From positions 32,001 through 96,000 of IMG/VR virus record IMGVR_UViG_3300037454_000475: 64,000 nt of DNA; one strand, 5' to 3'. Source of the DNA: a virus. Its lineage: Duplodnaviria; Caudoviricetes. The notes under the pieces were generated by a model. The model made no database searches, had not been told where the DNA came from, and saw only the letters and a program-made list of their open reading frames with translations. How positions within the stretch are numbered: the first letter of the stretch is position 1; the number at the start of each line of letters is the position of its first letter. The translations under genes were made by a program, and so were the position numbers. Positions 1-8,012 of the stretch are shown one piece after another.

Positions 1-641
1 CCATTGACGTATTTCCAATCCCATGGCCAACCGTAGATTTGATAATATGCCTCACCGGCGTGCTGTTTCTTGAACTCCTCACGTTCCTTCTCTATTCTCT
101 CCTGTTCGGCTTTGCTTTTCTCCCATTCGGCCTTGCGGCGGCGTTCCGCCTCTTCTTCCATTTTCTTTCGGATCTCCTCGGCACGCTTGTCGAATTTCTT
201 TTCGTAGCGTTCGTAATCACCGGTGAGAGATAGCGTTGGATTGGCATTGACCATCTTGTTACTGTCATTGAACACATTGCTCATCCATGTTTTCACATTG
301 GCGCTATCCAGTTTCGGGCGCAAGAGGTATTTAGGTGAGCATATAATGTCGATATCGGAGTATCCATTGGATTCATAATACTTGATGATATCCTTTTTCT
401 GCTTGAGGAAACAGGAGAACACGAACTTCTTAAAGTCATCCTCCGTTTTGAATCCGAGTTCGGCAGATATAACCGGGTCATACTTGAGTTCATCGGTCAT
501 GCGGTATGACCACCACTCCTTGCCATCACTGGTGTGATATTTCACCATGTAAAACAAGTACAATCCGCGGGGGTCGAAATTCCAATTATTTCTTCTTGTC
601 TGTACGTACATTTCGCTTATGTAATCATATAATGGTTTCAT
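1..641 (-). CDS. Hypothetical protein (3'-truncated by window), capsid-targeting-like N-terminus MKPLYDYISE
   Basis: Open frame from ATG at 641 runs off the window start; charged EK-rich segment. Confidence 0.7.
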   Translation of the reverse strand, partial: MKPLYDYISEMYVQTRRNNWNFDPRGLYLFYMVKYHTSDGKEWWSYRMTDELKYDPVISAELGFKTEDDFKKFVFSCFLKQKKDIIKYYESNGYSDIDIICSPKYLLRPKLDSANVKTWMSNVFNDSNKMVNANPTLSLTGDYERYEKKFDKRAEEIRKKMEEEAERRRKAEWEKSKAEQERIEKEREEFKKQHAGEAYYQIYGWPWDWKYVN

Positions 642-706
642 GAAAAACGGTATCATTTATTTCTTATATAATACCGTAAATAACGTATATAATAAAGACC
701 CGGGCG

Positions 707-1297
707 TTAAAAGCTCGGGTCAATATAGTGGCTCCAGTAACCAATCGCCAATGAACATCCATCATGGAGCTGTTGACCTTCCATGATCCAACGTCCACGC
801 TTACGGATCGTGAACACATCGTGGACGATCTGCAAGTCCTTACCAGTCATGGGAATGACCTCATAGTTACCGGCGTAGTAGTCGAGGCACTTGGTCGCGT
901 TCAGGTTCGTGCTGATACGGCGTGGAATTGGGTTACCAGCAGCGTCCTGACGGCCATCCTTGTAATACTCGACCTTGGTCACGGTGGCGGCACGGTGGTC
1001 GGTGTAGTAATATATGGTACACGGCATTCCAACCTCGATGGTGGGTGCATTGACGCGGAGCATCTCGTTGTACCATTCGGTAAATTCCTCCTTCGAGAGC
1101 ACATTGATGATATCATCATAGCGATAGTGCTCATTGTGCATAGCCTCATAAACGTAGGCGGCTGTCAGGAAGTGGTAGCGAACCTGCTCATAGAGGTCGT
1201 GCAGACGAGGAATGGTGTACTTCTTCTCGTATTCAGAGGTGAACTTGGCTTCGAGCTTGTCGATAACCGGGCTTGAGGTGTGAGTGTAATCTCTCAT
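707..1297 (-). CDS. Hypothetical protein
   Basis: ORF (likely start MRDYTH) just downstream of the GTTAA-N17-TTATATATAG motif. Confidence 0.75.
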   Translation of the reverse strand: MRDYTHTSSPVIDKLEAKFTSEYEKKYTIPRLHDLYEQVRYHFLTAAYVYEAMHNEHYRYDDIINVLSKEEFTEWYNEMLRVNAPTIEVGMPCTIYYYTDHRAATVTKVEYYKDGRQDAAGNPIPRRISTNLNATKCLDYYAGNYEVIPMTGKDLQIVHDVFTIRKRGRWIMEGQQLHDGCSLAIGYWSHYIDPSF

Positions 1298-1324
1298 GAT
1301 ATTCTCCTTTCCTGTTAATTTCAC

Positions 1325-1356
1325 CTATATATAAACAAGCCGGCCCAAATCTTAAC
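1325..1356 (-). promoter_or_regulatory. Putative phage promoter GTTAA-N17-TTATATATAG
   Basis: One of 7 copies with an exact 17-nt spacer. Confidence 0.75.
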
Positions 1357-1400
1357 GACCGGGCCGGCAAAAAATGTATAGTCCTTAAAAAAGTATGTGA

Positions 1401-2222
1401 TTACTTGGCGTTATCTTCAAAGTTATTAACGATTTCTTCAATCTTTTTAGCGGCTTGGGAAACCTTCTTGTAGTAATACATGGCGCTTTTGTCATCGTGA
1501 TATCCGTTCGAATGTGCGTACATGTGCATATCGTCAGTCATCTGTTTAACGAGATTGTTAAGGAGTTCCCATGTTTTGCTTACGCTGTAGTAAGAACCGT
1601 TACCTTCTTGCATTATGGATACGAACTTCGCAACGTATTTGTCAACAACGTTCTTGTAGATTTCCATTGTATCAGTATAGAGCTGACAGACCTTTTCCAA
1701 ACCCGGGTTGTGTAACTTGGCGAGTTCCTTTTCGTAACGCTTGAGATTATCGTTTTTGATCGTTTCGTAGTTCATAAGAGCGGTTGCTCCTTCTTTGGCT
1801 TCCCTACGGGATTGTTGAAGTTCACTACGGGTGAACTTGAGTGCATCCTTGATTTCATAAGCACCATCGGCATCATATGCGATTGAGCTGGCGGTAACGC
1901 CTTTATAGTATCCGTTTGAGGTCATGCATACATCGCAACCCCATGTGATACCACAGCAATCCATATCCTCGCCATTTTCGATGAACCAAATAAGGTAGCC
2001 GGGATCCTTACGGGCGCGCATGCGTTTCAAGGCCTCGTCTTTTGTAAGTTTCGTGATATCGTTATCGGTGACCTTATCCCACATTGGGAAACTACCATTT
2101 AGGTAATACGGATTGCTTTTGCGCACACTTGGTTTCAAGCTCATGAAGATTTTACGTAGTGCATCGCTTGCAAATGCTTCCGTCAATATGCTTTCTGTAA
2201 GAAATTCCTGTAGTGATTTCAT
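1401..2222 (-). CDS. Putative virion internal protein (MKSLQEFLTES)
   Basis: N-terminus resembles the T4 capsid-targeting sequence MKTYQEFIAE. Confidence 0.7.
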   Translation of the reverse strand: MKSLQEFLTESILTEAFASDALRKIFMSLKPSVRKSNPYYLNGSFPMWDKVTDNDITKLTKDEALKRMRARKDPGYLIWFIENGEDMDCCGITWGCDVCMTSNGYYKGVTASSIAYDADGAYEIKDALKFTRSELQQSRREAKEGATALMNYETIKNDNLKRYEKELAKLHNPGLEKVCQLYTDTMEIYKNVVDKYVAKFVSIMQEGNGSYYSVSKTWELLNNLVKQMTDDMHMYAHSNGYHDDKSAMYYYKKVSQAAKKIEEIVNNFEDNAK

Positions 2223-2273
2223 ATGCGTCATTTTCTTTACGTACTTTAATAATAAACACCGATGATCAAAAAT

Positions 2274-2300
2274 AAAAAAAAGGCCGGTCGAAACCGGCCC
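2274..2300 (-). terminator. Intrinsic terminator
   Basis: GGCCGGT-TTCG-ACCGGCC followed by a T8 run. Confidence 0.8.
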
Positions 2301-2331
2301 ATATCCGTTCACGAAAGAACGGCGGGGTATT

Positions 2332-2973
2332 TTACGGCCACTCACCCAACGGAGTACCAAGACGGGCGCCACCAATCATGTTATTCATGGCTTCAACCAT
2401 CTTTTCGTTGGTATCGTCCCAATCAACGATCTCACCGGTAGCGGCATCGACCACAAGAAGGCCAGGGCCGAAGATGTATTGACCATTTTCCGGGAAAGGA
2501 GGAGCGAGTACACGGCGGAAAGTCATGCGGCGATTGTTGAGAACTGCTCTGTAAGGTTCGATGATAATCATGCAGGAGTCAAAATCAACAGCATTGCGGG
2601 CATTCATTGGCATACATTCCATCCAATAGTCGTTCACAATAACAGTATCCGTAGTCATGTCTTCATTATGTTGGATCATGATACATGTGTCGTCGACTTG
2701 GAACACGGTTTGGATAGCCACCACATGGGCAGTCGGGATAGCCACCGCGGTATCGAACACGACATCGGCTTCGTAGAAGTTGAATTCCGGATATTGGCTG
2801 GCGATATAATCGTAATCGGCGATCACGACTTCATCGTAGTTATAACCAGTAGTTACCACTTCCGGCTCCGGAGTGTTATTACCGTTGTTGTTACTGTTGC
2901 ATCCACTGCAGGCGCTGAACATTAAGCATAGTGCGATAAGCATAATGCCGAGGAAACTTGTAATTTTCTTCAT
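2332..2973 (-). CDS. Putative lipoprotein
   Basis: MKK + hydrophobic stretch + lipobox FSAC. Confidence 0.75.
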   Translation of the reverse strand: MKKITSFLGIMLIALCLMFSACSGCNSNNNGNNTPEPEVVTTGYNYDEVVIADYDYIASQYPEFNFYEADVVFDTAVAIPTAHVVAIQTVFQVDDTCIMIQHNEDMTTDTVIVNDYWMECMPMNARNAVDFDSCMIIIEPYRAVLNNRRMTFRRVLAPPFPENGQYIFGPGLLVVDAATGEIVDWDDTNEKMVEAMNNMIGGARLGTPLGEWP

Positions 2974-3060
2974 GTTGCAAAAATTTATTTTGTGAATTTA
3001 GGTTGTTTTTATCAATGCTTAACTTTTATAAAATATGGAATTTTGAGAAAAGTTTAACAA

Positions 3061-3097
3061 AAAACAAAAAAAGGCGCTGATTGACTGGTTCAGCGCC
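3061..3097 (-). terminator. Terminator of the tRNA island
   Basis: GGCGCTGA...TCAGCGCC followed by a T7 run. Confidence 0.8.
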
Positions 3098-3131
3098 CGA
3101 AACCTTTGTAGGTCATTTACCTTTGGTAAAA

Positions 3132-3146
3132 GACAATATTGGGAGA
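3132..3146 (-). promoter_or_regulatory. Trailer complementary to the boxA leader (candidate processing stalk)
   Basis: TCTCCCAATATTGTC pairs with leader GACATATTGGGAGA (14 bp, one bulge). Confidence 0.55.
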
Positions 3147-3151
3147 AATTT

Positions 3152-3227
3152 TGGAGCGGATGATGGGACTCGAACCCACGATATCCTGCTTGGAAGGCAG
3201 GCGCAATAGCCGCTATGCGACATCCGC
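3152..3227 (-). tRNA. tRNA-Gly(TCC), CCA encoded
   Basis: Cloverleaf; CCTGC-CT TCC AA-GCAGG. Confidence 0.95.
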
Positions 3228-3334
3228 ATGGTCGAGGGGCTGCTCGGCGTCACGCCGCCCCCTCGTGAGTGTTCCTTGGTGTCTTACGGATTTACAGCTG
3301 ATTACCGAGGTAGCAAAGCACACTGAACAAGCCG

Positions 3335-3417
3335 CGGAGAGTGGAGGTCTCGAACCCCATACGTTGCCGTACCAACCGCCTTCCAAACGGCGTTGCCGCC
3401 TTGGCAATTCACTCTCC
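3335..3417 (-). tRNA. tRNA-Ser(GGA), 8/4 fold
   Basis: Acceptor GGAGAGTG/CACTCTCC, 4-bp T stem, long variable arm, G73. Confidence 0.85.
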
Positions 3418-3423
3418 ATAATG

Positions 3424-3495
3424 AGCCGCAAGCTGGATTTGAACCAGCGACCTCGTCCTTACCAAGGACGCGTTCCACCCCTGAACTATTACGGC
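3424..3495 (-). tRNA. tRNA-Thr(GGT)
   Basis: CGTCC-TT GGT AA-GGACG. Confidence 0.95.
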
Positions 3496-3656
3496 ATGTT
3501 GGACATCATTAAGAACTCTTTAGAATCCCGCATCCTCCTTTGTTTAAGTTCCTCCAGCCACATTGCAAGCTGTGCATGATCCAATCCGCATTCTTTATTG
3601 GAACATGTCGAAGCAACCTCGTTGGCATGTTGGATGGCTTCATCAAGAGTCATCAT
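3489..3656 (-). CDS. Small phage protein (MMTLDEAIQHANEVA...HAQLAMWLEELK)
   Basis: Resembles a common small phage protein family; stop codon overlaps the 5' end of tRNA-Thr. Confidence 0.7.
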   Translation of the reverse strand: MMTLDEAIQHANEVASTCSNKECGLDHAQLAMWLEELKQRRMRDSKEFLMMSNMP

Positions 3657-3673
3657 ACTGATATATTTATTTG

Positions 3674-3797
3674 TCGAGGCGAGAGGATTCGAACCTCCAA
3701 AACCACTAACGTGGCCCCATGGCTTTCCACTCGAGCAACTATAACCACGGCTCCCGGACCAACCCCGGGCGTGTATAACCAATTTCACTACGCCTCA
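3674..3797 (-). ncRNA. tRNA-like RNA with extra arms
   Basis: Acceptor TGAGGCG/CGCCTCG, D and T arms, three hairpins between them. Confidence 0.7.
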
Positions 3798-3802
3798 ATA
3801 AG

Positions 3803-3878
3803 GGTGAGTAGTCAGGTTCGAACTGACGATCTCCGGATCCACAATCCGGCGCATTGGACCAACTATGCTATACACACC
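3803..3878 (-). tRNA. tRNA-His(GTG)
   Basis: CCGGA-TT GTG GA-TCCGG; G-1:C73. Confidence 0.95.
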
Positions 3879-3885
3879 ATCTGTA

Positions 3886-4000
3886 ATGTCTATCGGGCAT
3901 CCCTCTTACCTTCAGGCCACCCACACCCGTTTGGTTGGACGGGTTGCCCTTGATGGATGGCCGGGGATTCGAACCCCTATTATTAGATTTCGATAAACAT
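3886..4000 (-). ncRNA. Circularly permuted tRNA-like RNA (Y-RNA/YrlA-like arm order)
   Basis: 10-bp terminal stem enclosing T arm, 9-bp acceptor-like helix, then D-like segment. Confidence 0.55.
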
Positions 4001-4002
4001 TG

Positions 4003-4074
4003 TGTTCCCGGGTGGGATCGAACCACCGACCTTCTCCACGTCAAGGAGATGTTCTCCCGCTAAACTACAGGAAC
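4003..4074 (-). tRNA. tRNA-Val(GAC)
   Basis: TCTCC-TT GAC GT-GGAGA. Confidence 0.93.
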
Positions 4075-4234
4075 ATTAGCAGATTTGGTTTAACGTATGC
4101 CGGAGTTCTGCCGGACTCCCACGGATGGGTTCCTCTCTTTTGCGGCTTATCCATCAGCCGTCATACCGGGCATCCTGACTTTCGGTATGCTTTACCCACG
4201 TTTTTACCAGTTATGGACGTTATCAGGTTGGTAG

Positions 4235-4306
4235 TGCTCCCGAGTGGATTTGAACCACTGACCTTCTGCATGTGACGCAGATGTTCTCCCCCTAAACTAC
4301 AGGAGC
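4235..4306 (-). tRNA. tRNA-Val(CAC)
   Basis: TCTGC-GT CAC AT-GCAGA. Confidence 0.92.
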
Positions 4307-4417
4307 ATGTTGCCTCGACACCTTTAAAGAACCAATCAACTATCGCGCGAATGTGATGGACAAGAAACACCCTGCAGCTGGCCGAGGCCTACTCCTCTGC
4401 GTATCGTTGTTCTCTTT

Positions 4418-4495
4418 TGGTGCTCCCGGCAGGATTCGAACCTGCGACCCCCTGAATGTAAATCAGGTGCGCTAAACCGGCTACGCTACGAAAGC
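4418..4495 (-). tRNA. tRNA-Val(TAC), CCA encoded
   Basis: CCTGA-TT TAC AT-TCAGG. Confidence 0.95.
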
Positions 4496-4500
4496 ATATG

Positions 4501-4634
4501 AAGGAACAGACCCTTTTGATACAGGTGCTTATTTGGTCATCTGTAGGACATTTCACTATCGGGCGGCTTATTTAGCACGTGGCCACCCTAACAACCACCA
4601 GCTCCTACAGCTGGTATTCTCCCCTACGGGTTCC
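4501..4634 (-). ncRNA. Structured spacer RNA with pseudoknot potential
   Basis: Closing AGGAAC/GTTCCT; CTGTAGGA/TCCTACAG and GTGCT/AGCAC loop pairings. Confidence 0.5.
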
Positions 4635-4638
4635 TCTG

Positions 4639-4712
4639 TACCGGCGGGTGGACTCGAACCACCGTCTCCTCCTTATGAGAGAGGCGCAAGAAACCACCTC
4701 CGCTACGCCGAT
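4639..4712 (-). tRNA. tRNA-Met/Ile2(CAT)
   Basis: CCTCT-CT CAT AA-GGAGG. Confidence 0.9.
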
Positions 4713-4716
4713 ATTT

Positions 4717-4815
4717 TGTGACCGGCCGGGCTCGAACCGACATCCCCCCAGCTCCTACCTGCTACAGTCGCACAGCGGTCTTACCGGGTCATCTAACCGA
4801 TTGAATCTACGTCAC
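4717..4815 (-). ncRNA. tRNA-like RNA, anticodon loop replaced by ~30-nt hairpin
   Basis: T arm GTCGG-TTCGAGC-CCGGC; acceptor GTGAC/GTCAC; AC stem CCCGG/CTGGG. Confidence 0.7.
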
Positions 4816-4817
4816 TG

Positions 4818-5004
4818 CGGTTCGGCTGGGGATCGAACCCTGCAATCTAACCCTACCATTGAAGAGTGATACTCATGTCCTTTGGTTGCCTACAACCGTA
4901 ACGGCGACTCTATAATCCGGACACTTTCAAAAATTAGTACTCCGCCGGTCACCCCGCGGCAACACCTTCAGTCAGGTTCGCATTTCCGTTTATGCTATCA
5001 AACC
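4818..5004 (-). ncRNA. tRNA scaffold with ~120-nt structured insert in the anticodon loop
   Basis: Acceptor GGTTTG/CGAACC, D stem GCAT/ATGC, AC stem AACCT/GGGTT, T loop TTCGATC. Confidence 0.7.
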
Positions 5005-5014
5005 ATGTTTAGTT

Positions 5015-5788
5015 TTAATTCAAAGGAATATACTTAAAATTACGGACTTTTAACGGTGTATCAAGCCTATTTGGACGAATTTTTGGATCATCGACATTGA
5101 TATCGATAATGAAATCCATCAAATATCCCTTTTGTGGATCTTTCAGGTTATTTGTAAGCATGTTGGTGTATTTCCTTGATACCGTTTTTGTGACAATTCC
5201 GTTGGCTTTGAACGTTATCTTATCCGGACGCCACTCACACTCATACTTGATCCAATTCTCGGTGGGGTCAAGAGGCTGGTCACATTTCGTGACATTCTTG
5301 GATCCGAGATGTTCATGCACCATTTTACGGTTGTTATAGTGTACATTGTATGTAGTACGCCATGACTTTCCGATCCACGGAAAATGGTTGGTGAAGTTTT
5401 GTAGATAATTTCCACCAGTGGTAAGCACCTCCATCACGTCAATCTCCGGAGGCCAATTCCCGGCGCCACTCAACCAACAAGCACAACCAACATTAAGTCC
5501 TTTTGGAATCATCACTTCAATGGAGAATGTGCCGTAATCAAAATGTTGTCTTGTACGTATCAGTGCTCTTTCAATTGTTGGATGATATACCTTACCATTC
5601 CAGTGTTTTACCTCCCTTGGATTTTCACGGTAATACAGGTGAATCTCGCCGTTTGGCATCCTTTTCACTACATCCTCGGAATCGCTATACCATGCATGTG
5701 GATAACTCGAATGAATTATTCTTCCACCATCCATTTCGCATGACCAGTCATATCCGCACCAATTGAATAAGCTCTTTTCCATATACAC
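5015..5788 (-). CDS. Glycoside hydrolase family 16
   Basis: Catalytic motif WPPEIDVME; YGTFSIEV and EWRPDKITF segments. Confidence 0.88.
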   Translation of the reverse strand: MYMEKSLFNWCGYDWSCEMDGGRIIHSSYPHAWYSDSEDVVKRMPNGEIHLYYRENPREVKHWNGKVYHPTIERALIRTRQHFDYGTFSIEVMIPKGLNVGCACWLSGAGNWPPEIDVMEVLTTGGNYLQNFTNHFPWIGKSWRTTYNVHYNNRKMVHEHLGSKNVTKCDQPLDPTENWIKYECEWRPDKITFKANGIVTKTVSRKYTNMLTNNLKDPQKGYLMDFIIDINVDDPKIRPNRLDTPLKVRNFKYIPLN

Positions 5789-5832
5789 AATGTTCTTTTA
5801 TCAAGAATAAGAAAAATGGCTATGGTTTATCA

Positions 5833-5987
5833 AAAAATCAATCCGCATCCAACACAATGCGCGACCATTCGTGTTGAAATTTCCCTTATCATTCGTCAAA
5901 CCTCACGTGCGACCTGACTCATTTACAGTTCCTGAACGCGCCCTTTTTCGCGAGGGCTCAAGGCCGTTGTGGAATGATTTAGATTTT
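5833..5987 (-). ncRNA. Structured spacer RNA with kissing-loop potential
   Basis: Multibranch fold; loops CGCGA and TCGCG are complementary. Confidence 0.5.
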
Positions 5988-6057
5988 GTTCCATACAGGG
6001 GCTCGAACCCATGACCTCCGGCTTACGCCAGCGTGCTGCCAATTACACCACATGAAT
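5988..6057 (-). ncRNA. Anticodon-less tRNA mimic (GTAA tetraloop)
   Basis: Normal D and T arms; CTGGC-GTAA-GCCGG. Confidence 0.75.
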
Positions 6058-6151
6058 TTTACGCCTATTGTTTATTCAGTACTAACCCTGCACGACTTTC
6101 CTTTCAATATCGTCAACGCCATCCTACTACCACGTGCAGGTGGGTTCGGCG

Positions 6152-6233
6152 CGGAGAATTGAGGTATCGATCCCCATACAAATGTACAGCACGCTTTCGA
6201 GACGGCTCCCTTCACCATCAGGGTTAATTCTCC
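6152..6233 (-). tRNA. tRNA-Ser(CGA), 8/4 fold
   Basis: Acceptor GGAGAATT/AATTCTCC; T arm GGGG-ATCGATA-CCTC. Confidence 0.85.
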
Positions 6234-6355
6234 AAATGATATACGTAAAAAACGGAGGATTTTCGATTCCTCACCTCCTCTCCATTGGCTGGGACTCCCG
6301 ATATGCCCCGTTAAGGATTTACTAACTACCTCCGGATTAACTTATTGATCGTGTG

Positions 6356-6436
6356 TACCCCTGGTGGGACTCGAACCCACACTCCGAAGAATTAGATCCT
6401 AAATCTAACGCGTACTGCCAATTTCGCCACAGAGGT
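6356..6436 (-). tRNA. tRNA-Leu(TAG)
   Basis: TTAGA-TT TAG GA-TCTAA; variable arm. Confidence 0.95.
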
Positions 6437-6580
6437 ATTTGAAAGTCCGGTTACAACGCTTACAGCGCTCCTTTGGAATTATCCATTGGTCTGTCACCTA
6501 CAAGACGCTTGGCGACTTGGGGAGGTTCAGGGTTTCTGATTCGTTGCGCTACTACAAACCCTTTTTCGCCGGACATTTTA

Positions 6581-6654
6581 TGGAGCCCAGTGACGGAGTC
6601 GAACCATCCCCAACAGTTTTGCAGACTGCCACCCCCCCGCAGAGCTTACTGGGC
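6581..6654 (-). tRNA. tRNA-Cys(GCA), CCA encoded
   Basis: GCAGT-CT GCA AA-ACTGT; U73. Confidence 0.92.
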
Positions 6655-6659
6655 TTATT

Positions 6660-6860
6660 TGTGGGTTTACAGTACCCACGGACTGTATGTTGCCGGGAGT
6701 CGTATTGAACCGTATTCGGGATTCGTGCACCTACCCAAATTTGTAAAACGGACAGCCATTAAAAATCCTTGAATATGCATCTCCAAGGCAATCGCCGGTA
6801 CGCCGCCGAAACGGGGACACTCCCGTAAGAACCGGTCTATAGCTGTTTTTGCCGACATTT
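6660..6860 (-). ncRNA. Structured spacer RNA ending in an H-type pseudoknot
   Basis: TACAGT/ACTGTA with GTGGGT/ACCCAC; long-range CGGGAGT/ACTCCCG. Confidence 0.5.
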
Positions 6861-6870
6861 ATTAGGCTTG

Positions 6871-6947
6871 AAACTTTAATCGGATTCGAACCGATAATAA
6901 CCCATTGATGCATCCGCGGGGCTGGTTTGCCGTTAGCCTATAAAGTT
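6871..6947 (-). ncRNA. tRNA-like RNA with aberrant anticodon arm
   Basis: Perfect acceptor AACTTTA/TAAAGTT and T arm ATCGG-TTCGAAT-CCGAT. Confidence 0.7.
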
Positions 6948-7042
6948 TTCCTCGTGTCATTTTACGCGTTTTTCTTACCTGTGGAAGAGCCTATACCCAA
7001 ATTGTACGTTATGGGCAGGATATGACACTACTGTACAAGTTT

Positions 7043-7117
7043 GCTGTGTAGGGGGATTCGAACCACCAACCGGCGGCTTTCCGGCCACCAGCTCTACCGT
7101 TGAGCATTACTACACAC
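7043..7117 (-). ncRNA. Anticodon-less tRNA mimic, copy 1
   Basis: TGTGTAG/CTACACA; AC arm GGTGGC-CGGAAA-GCCGCC. Confidence 0.75.
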
Positions 7118-7207
7118 ACTCGTCTACCATACGAGCGGCACATTCAATTTCAACCGGGGCGTATGTCCCGGCCACCGGCTGGTAGTACCGGTAAGAAACC
7201 TTCAATG
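7118..7207 (-). ncRNA. Kissing-loop RNA motif, copy 1
   Basis: Loops CTACCA and TGGTAG; stems covary with copy 2. Confidence 0.7.
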
Positions 7208-7209
7208 CG

Positions 7210-7283
7210 TCATCCCGCGGGGACTCGAACCCACGATTTCAAGAGTGAGAATCTTGTTTCCTAACCTGTTAGAAGACAGGACG
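7210..7283 (-). tRNA. tRNA-Glu(CTC)
   Basis: CAAGA-TT CTC AC-TCTTG. Confidence 0.92.
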
Positions 7284-7294
7284 ATAAATAATTG

Positions 7295-7382
7295 TTGCGG
7301 TCGTGGGAGTCGAACCCACTATCACTCCTCTCATGAAGCGGAGCGTTATCGGCGCGTCACCTTTCCGTTTAACTCCACCGCA
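7295..7382 (-). ncRNA. Aberrant tRNA-like RNA with CAT loop and insert between D and AC arms
   Basis: TGCGGT/ACCGCA; T arm GTGGG-TTCGACT-CCCAC; loop TT CAT GA. Confidence 0.6.
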
Positions 7383-7409
7383 CGGGACGCCTCCCGTAAT
7401 TACGTAATC

Positions 7410-7483
7410 GCTGTGTAGGAGGGCTCGAACCTCAACCGGCCGCGTCCCGCAGCCAGCTCTACCTGTTGAGACTTACTACACAC
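7410..7483 (-). ncRNA. Anticodon-less tRNA mimic, copy 2
   Basis: TGTGTAG/CTACACA; AC arm is an 8-bp stem with a GGA triloop. Confidence 0.75.
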
Positions 7484-7571
7484 ACTCGTCTACCACCGAG
7501 TGGCATTTTCCGGTTTCACCCGGGAACTCCGTCCCGGGGCTGAATGGTAGTTCAGTGAGAAACCTTCAACG
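7484..7571 (-). ncRNA. Kissing-loop RNA motif, copy 2
   Basis: CTGAA-CTACCA-TTCAG and ACTCG-GTGGTAGA-CGAGT. Confidence 0.7.
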
Positions 7572-7573
7572 CG

Positions 7574-7645
7574 TCATCCCGTGGGGGCTCGAACCCCAAT
7601 TCCAAGATCGAAAATCTTGTTTCCTACCTGTTAGAAGACAGGACG
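7574..7645 (-). tRNA. tRNA-Glu(TTC)
   Basis: CAAGA-TT TTC GA-TCTTG. Confidence 0.92.
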
Positions 7646-7754
7646 ATGACTGCCGCGGTTTTGATAAGGTAGGCCCGCGGAGAACCTCATACTACCCCGA
7701 GGCTTCACCAAATCGTGTCAGTTACTTCACTGGAGCACGCCCCCTCGGTTGTTG

Positions 7755-7826
7755 TAGTCGGTACGGGATTCGAACCCATGTGACAAGATTGAAAATCTTG
7801 TATCCTAACCTTTAGATGAACCGACC
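7755..7826 (-). tRNA. tRNA-Glu(TTC)
   Basis: CAAGA-TT TTC AA-TCTTG. Confidence 0.94.
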
Positions 7827-7884
7827 ATATGATTGATCATAATCGACCGTAATAATTTTTCTTCATGGCTTTAATGTTTCTTTG

Positions 7885-7967
7885 TACCCCGAGTGGGATT
7901 CGAACCCACACGCGCAAAGGCAACAGGGCTTAAATCTGTCATGTACTACCAATTTCATCACCGGGGC
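7885..7967 (-). tRNA. tRNA-Leu(TAA)
   Basis: Loop TT TAA GC; long variable arm. Confidence 0.92.
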
Positions 7968-8012
7968 TTATACCTCTATATGTAAAGCGCTTTACATTCC
8001 ACCATCCCGCAC

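Noticed and set aside
3975-4000. Possible amber suppressor (CTA) next to a T arm
   Set aside because: No anticodon stem forms around CTA. The segment is better explained as part of the permuted RNA.
7838-7866. 9-codon ORF MKKNYYGRL upstream of tRNA-Glu
   Set aside because: Good start context but single copy, no Glu codons and no switch structure. Insufficient evidence.
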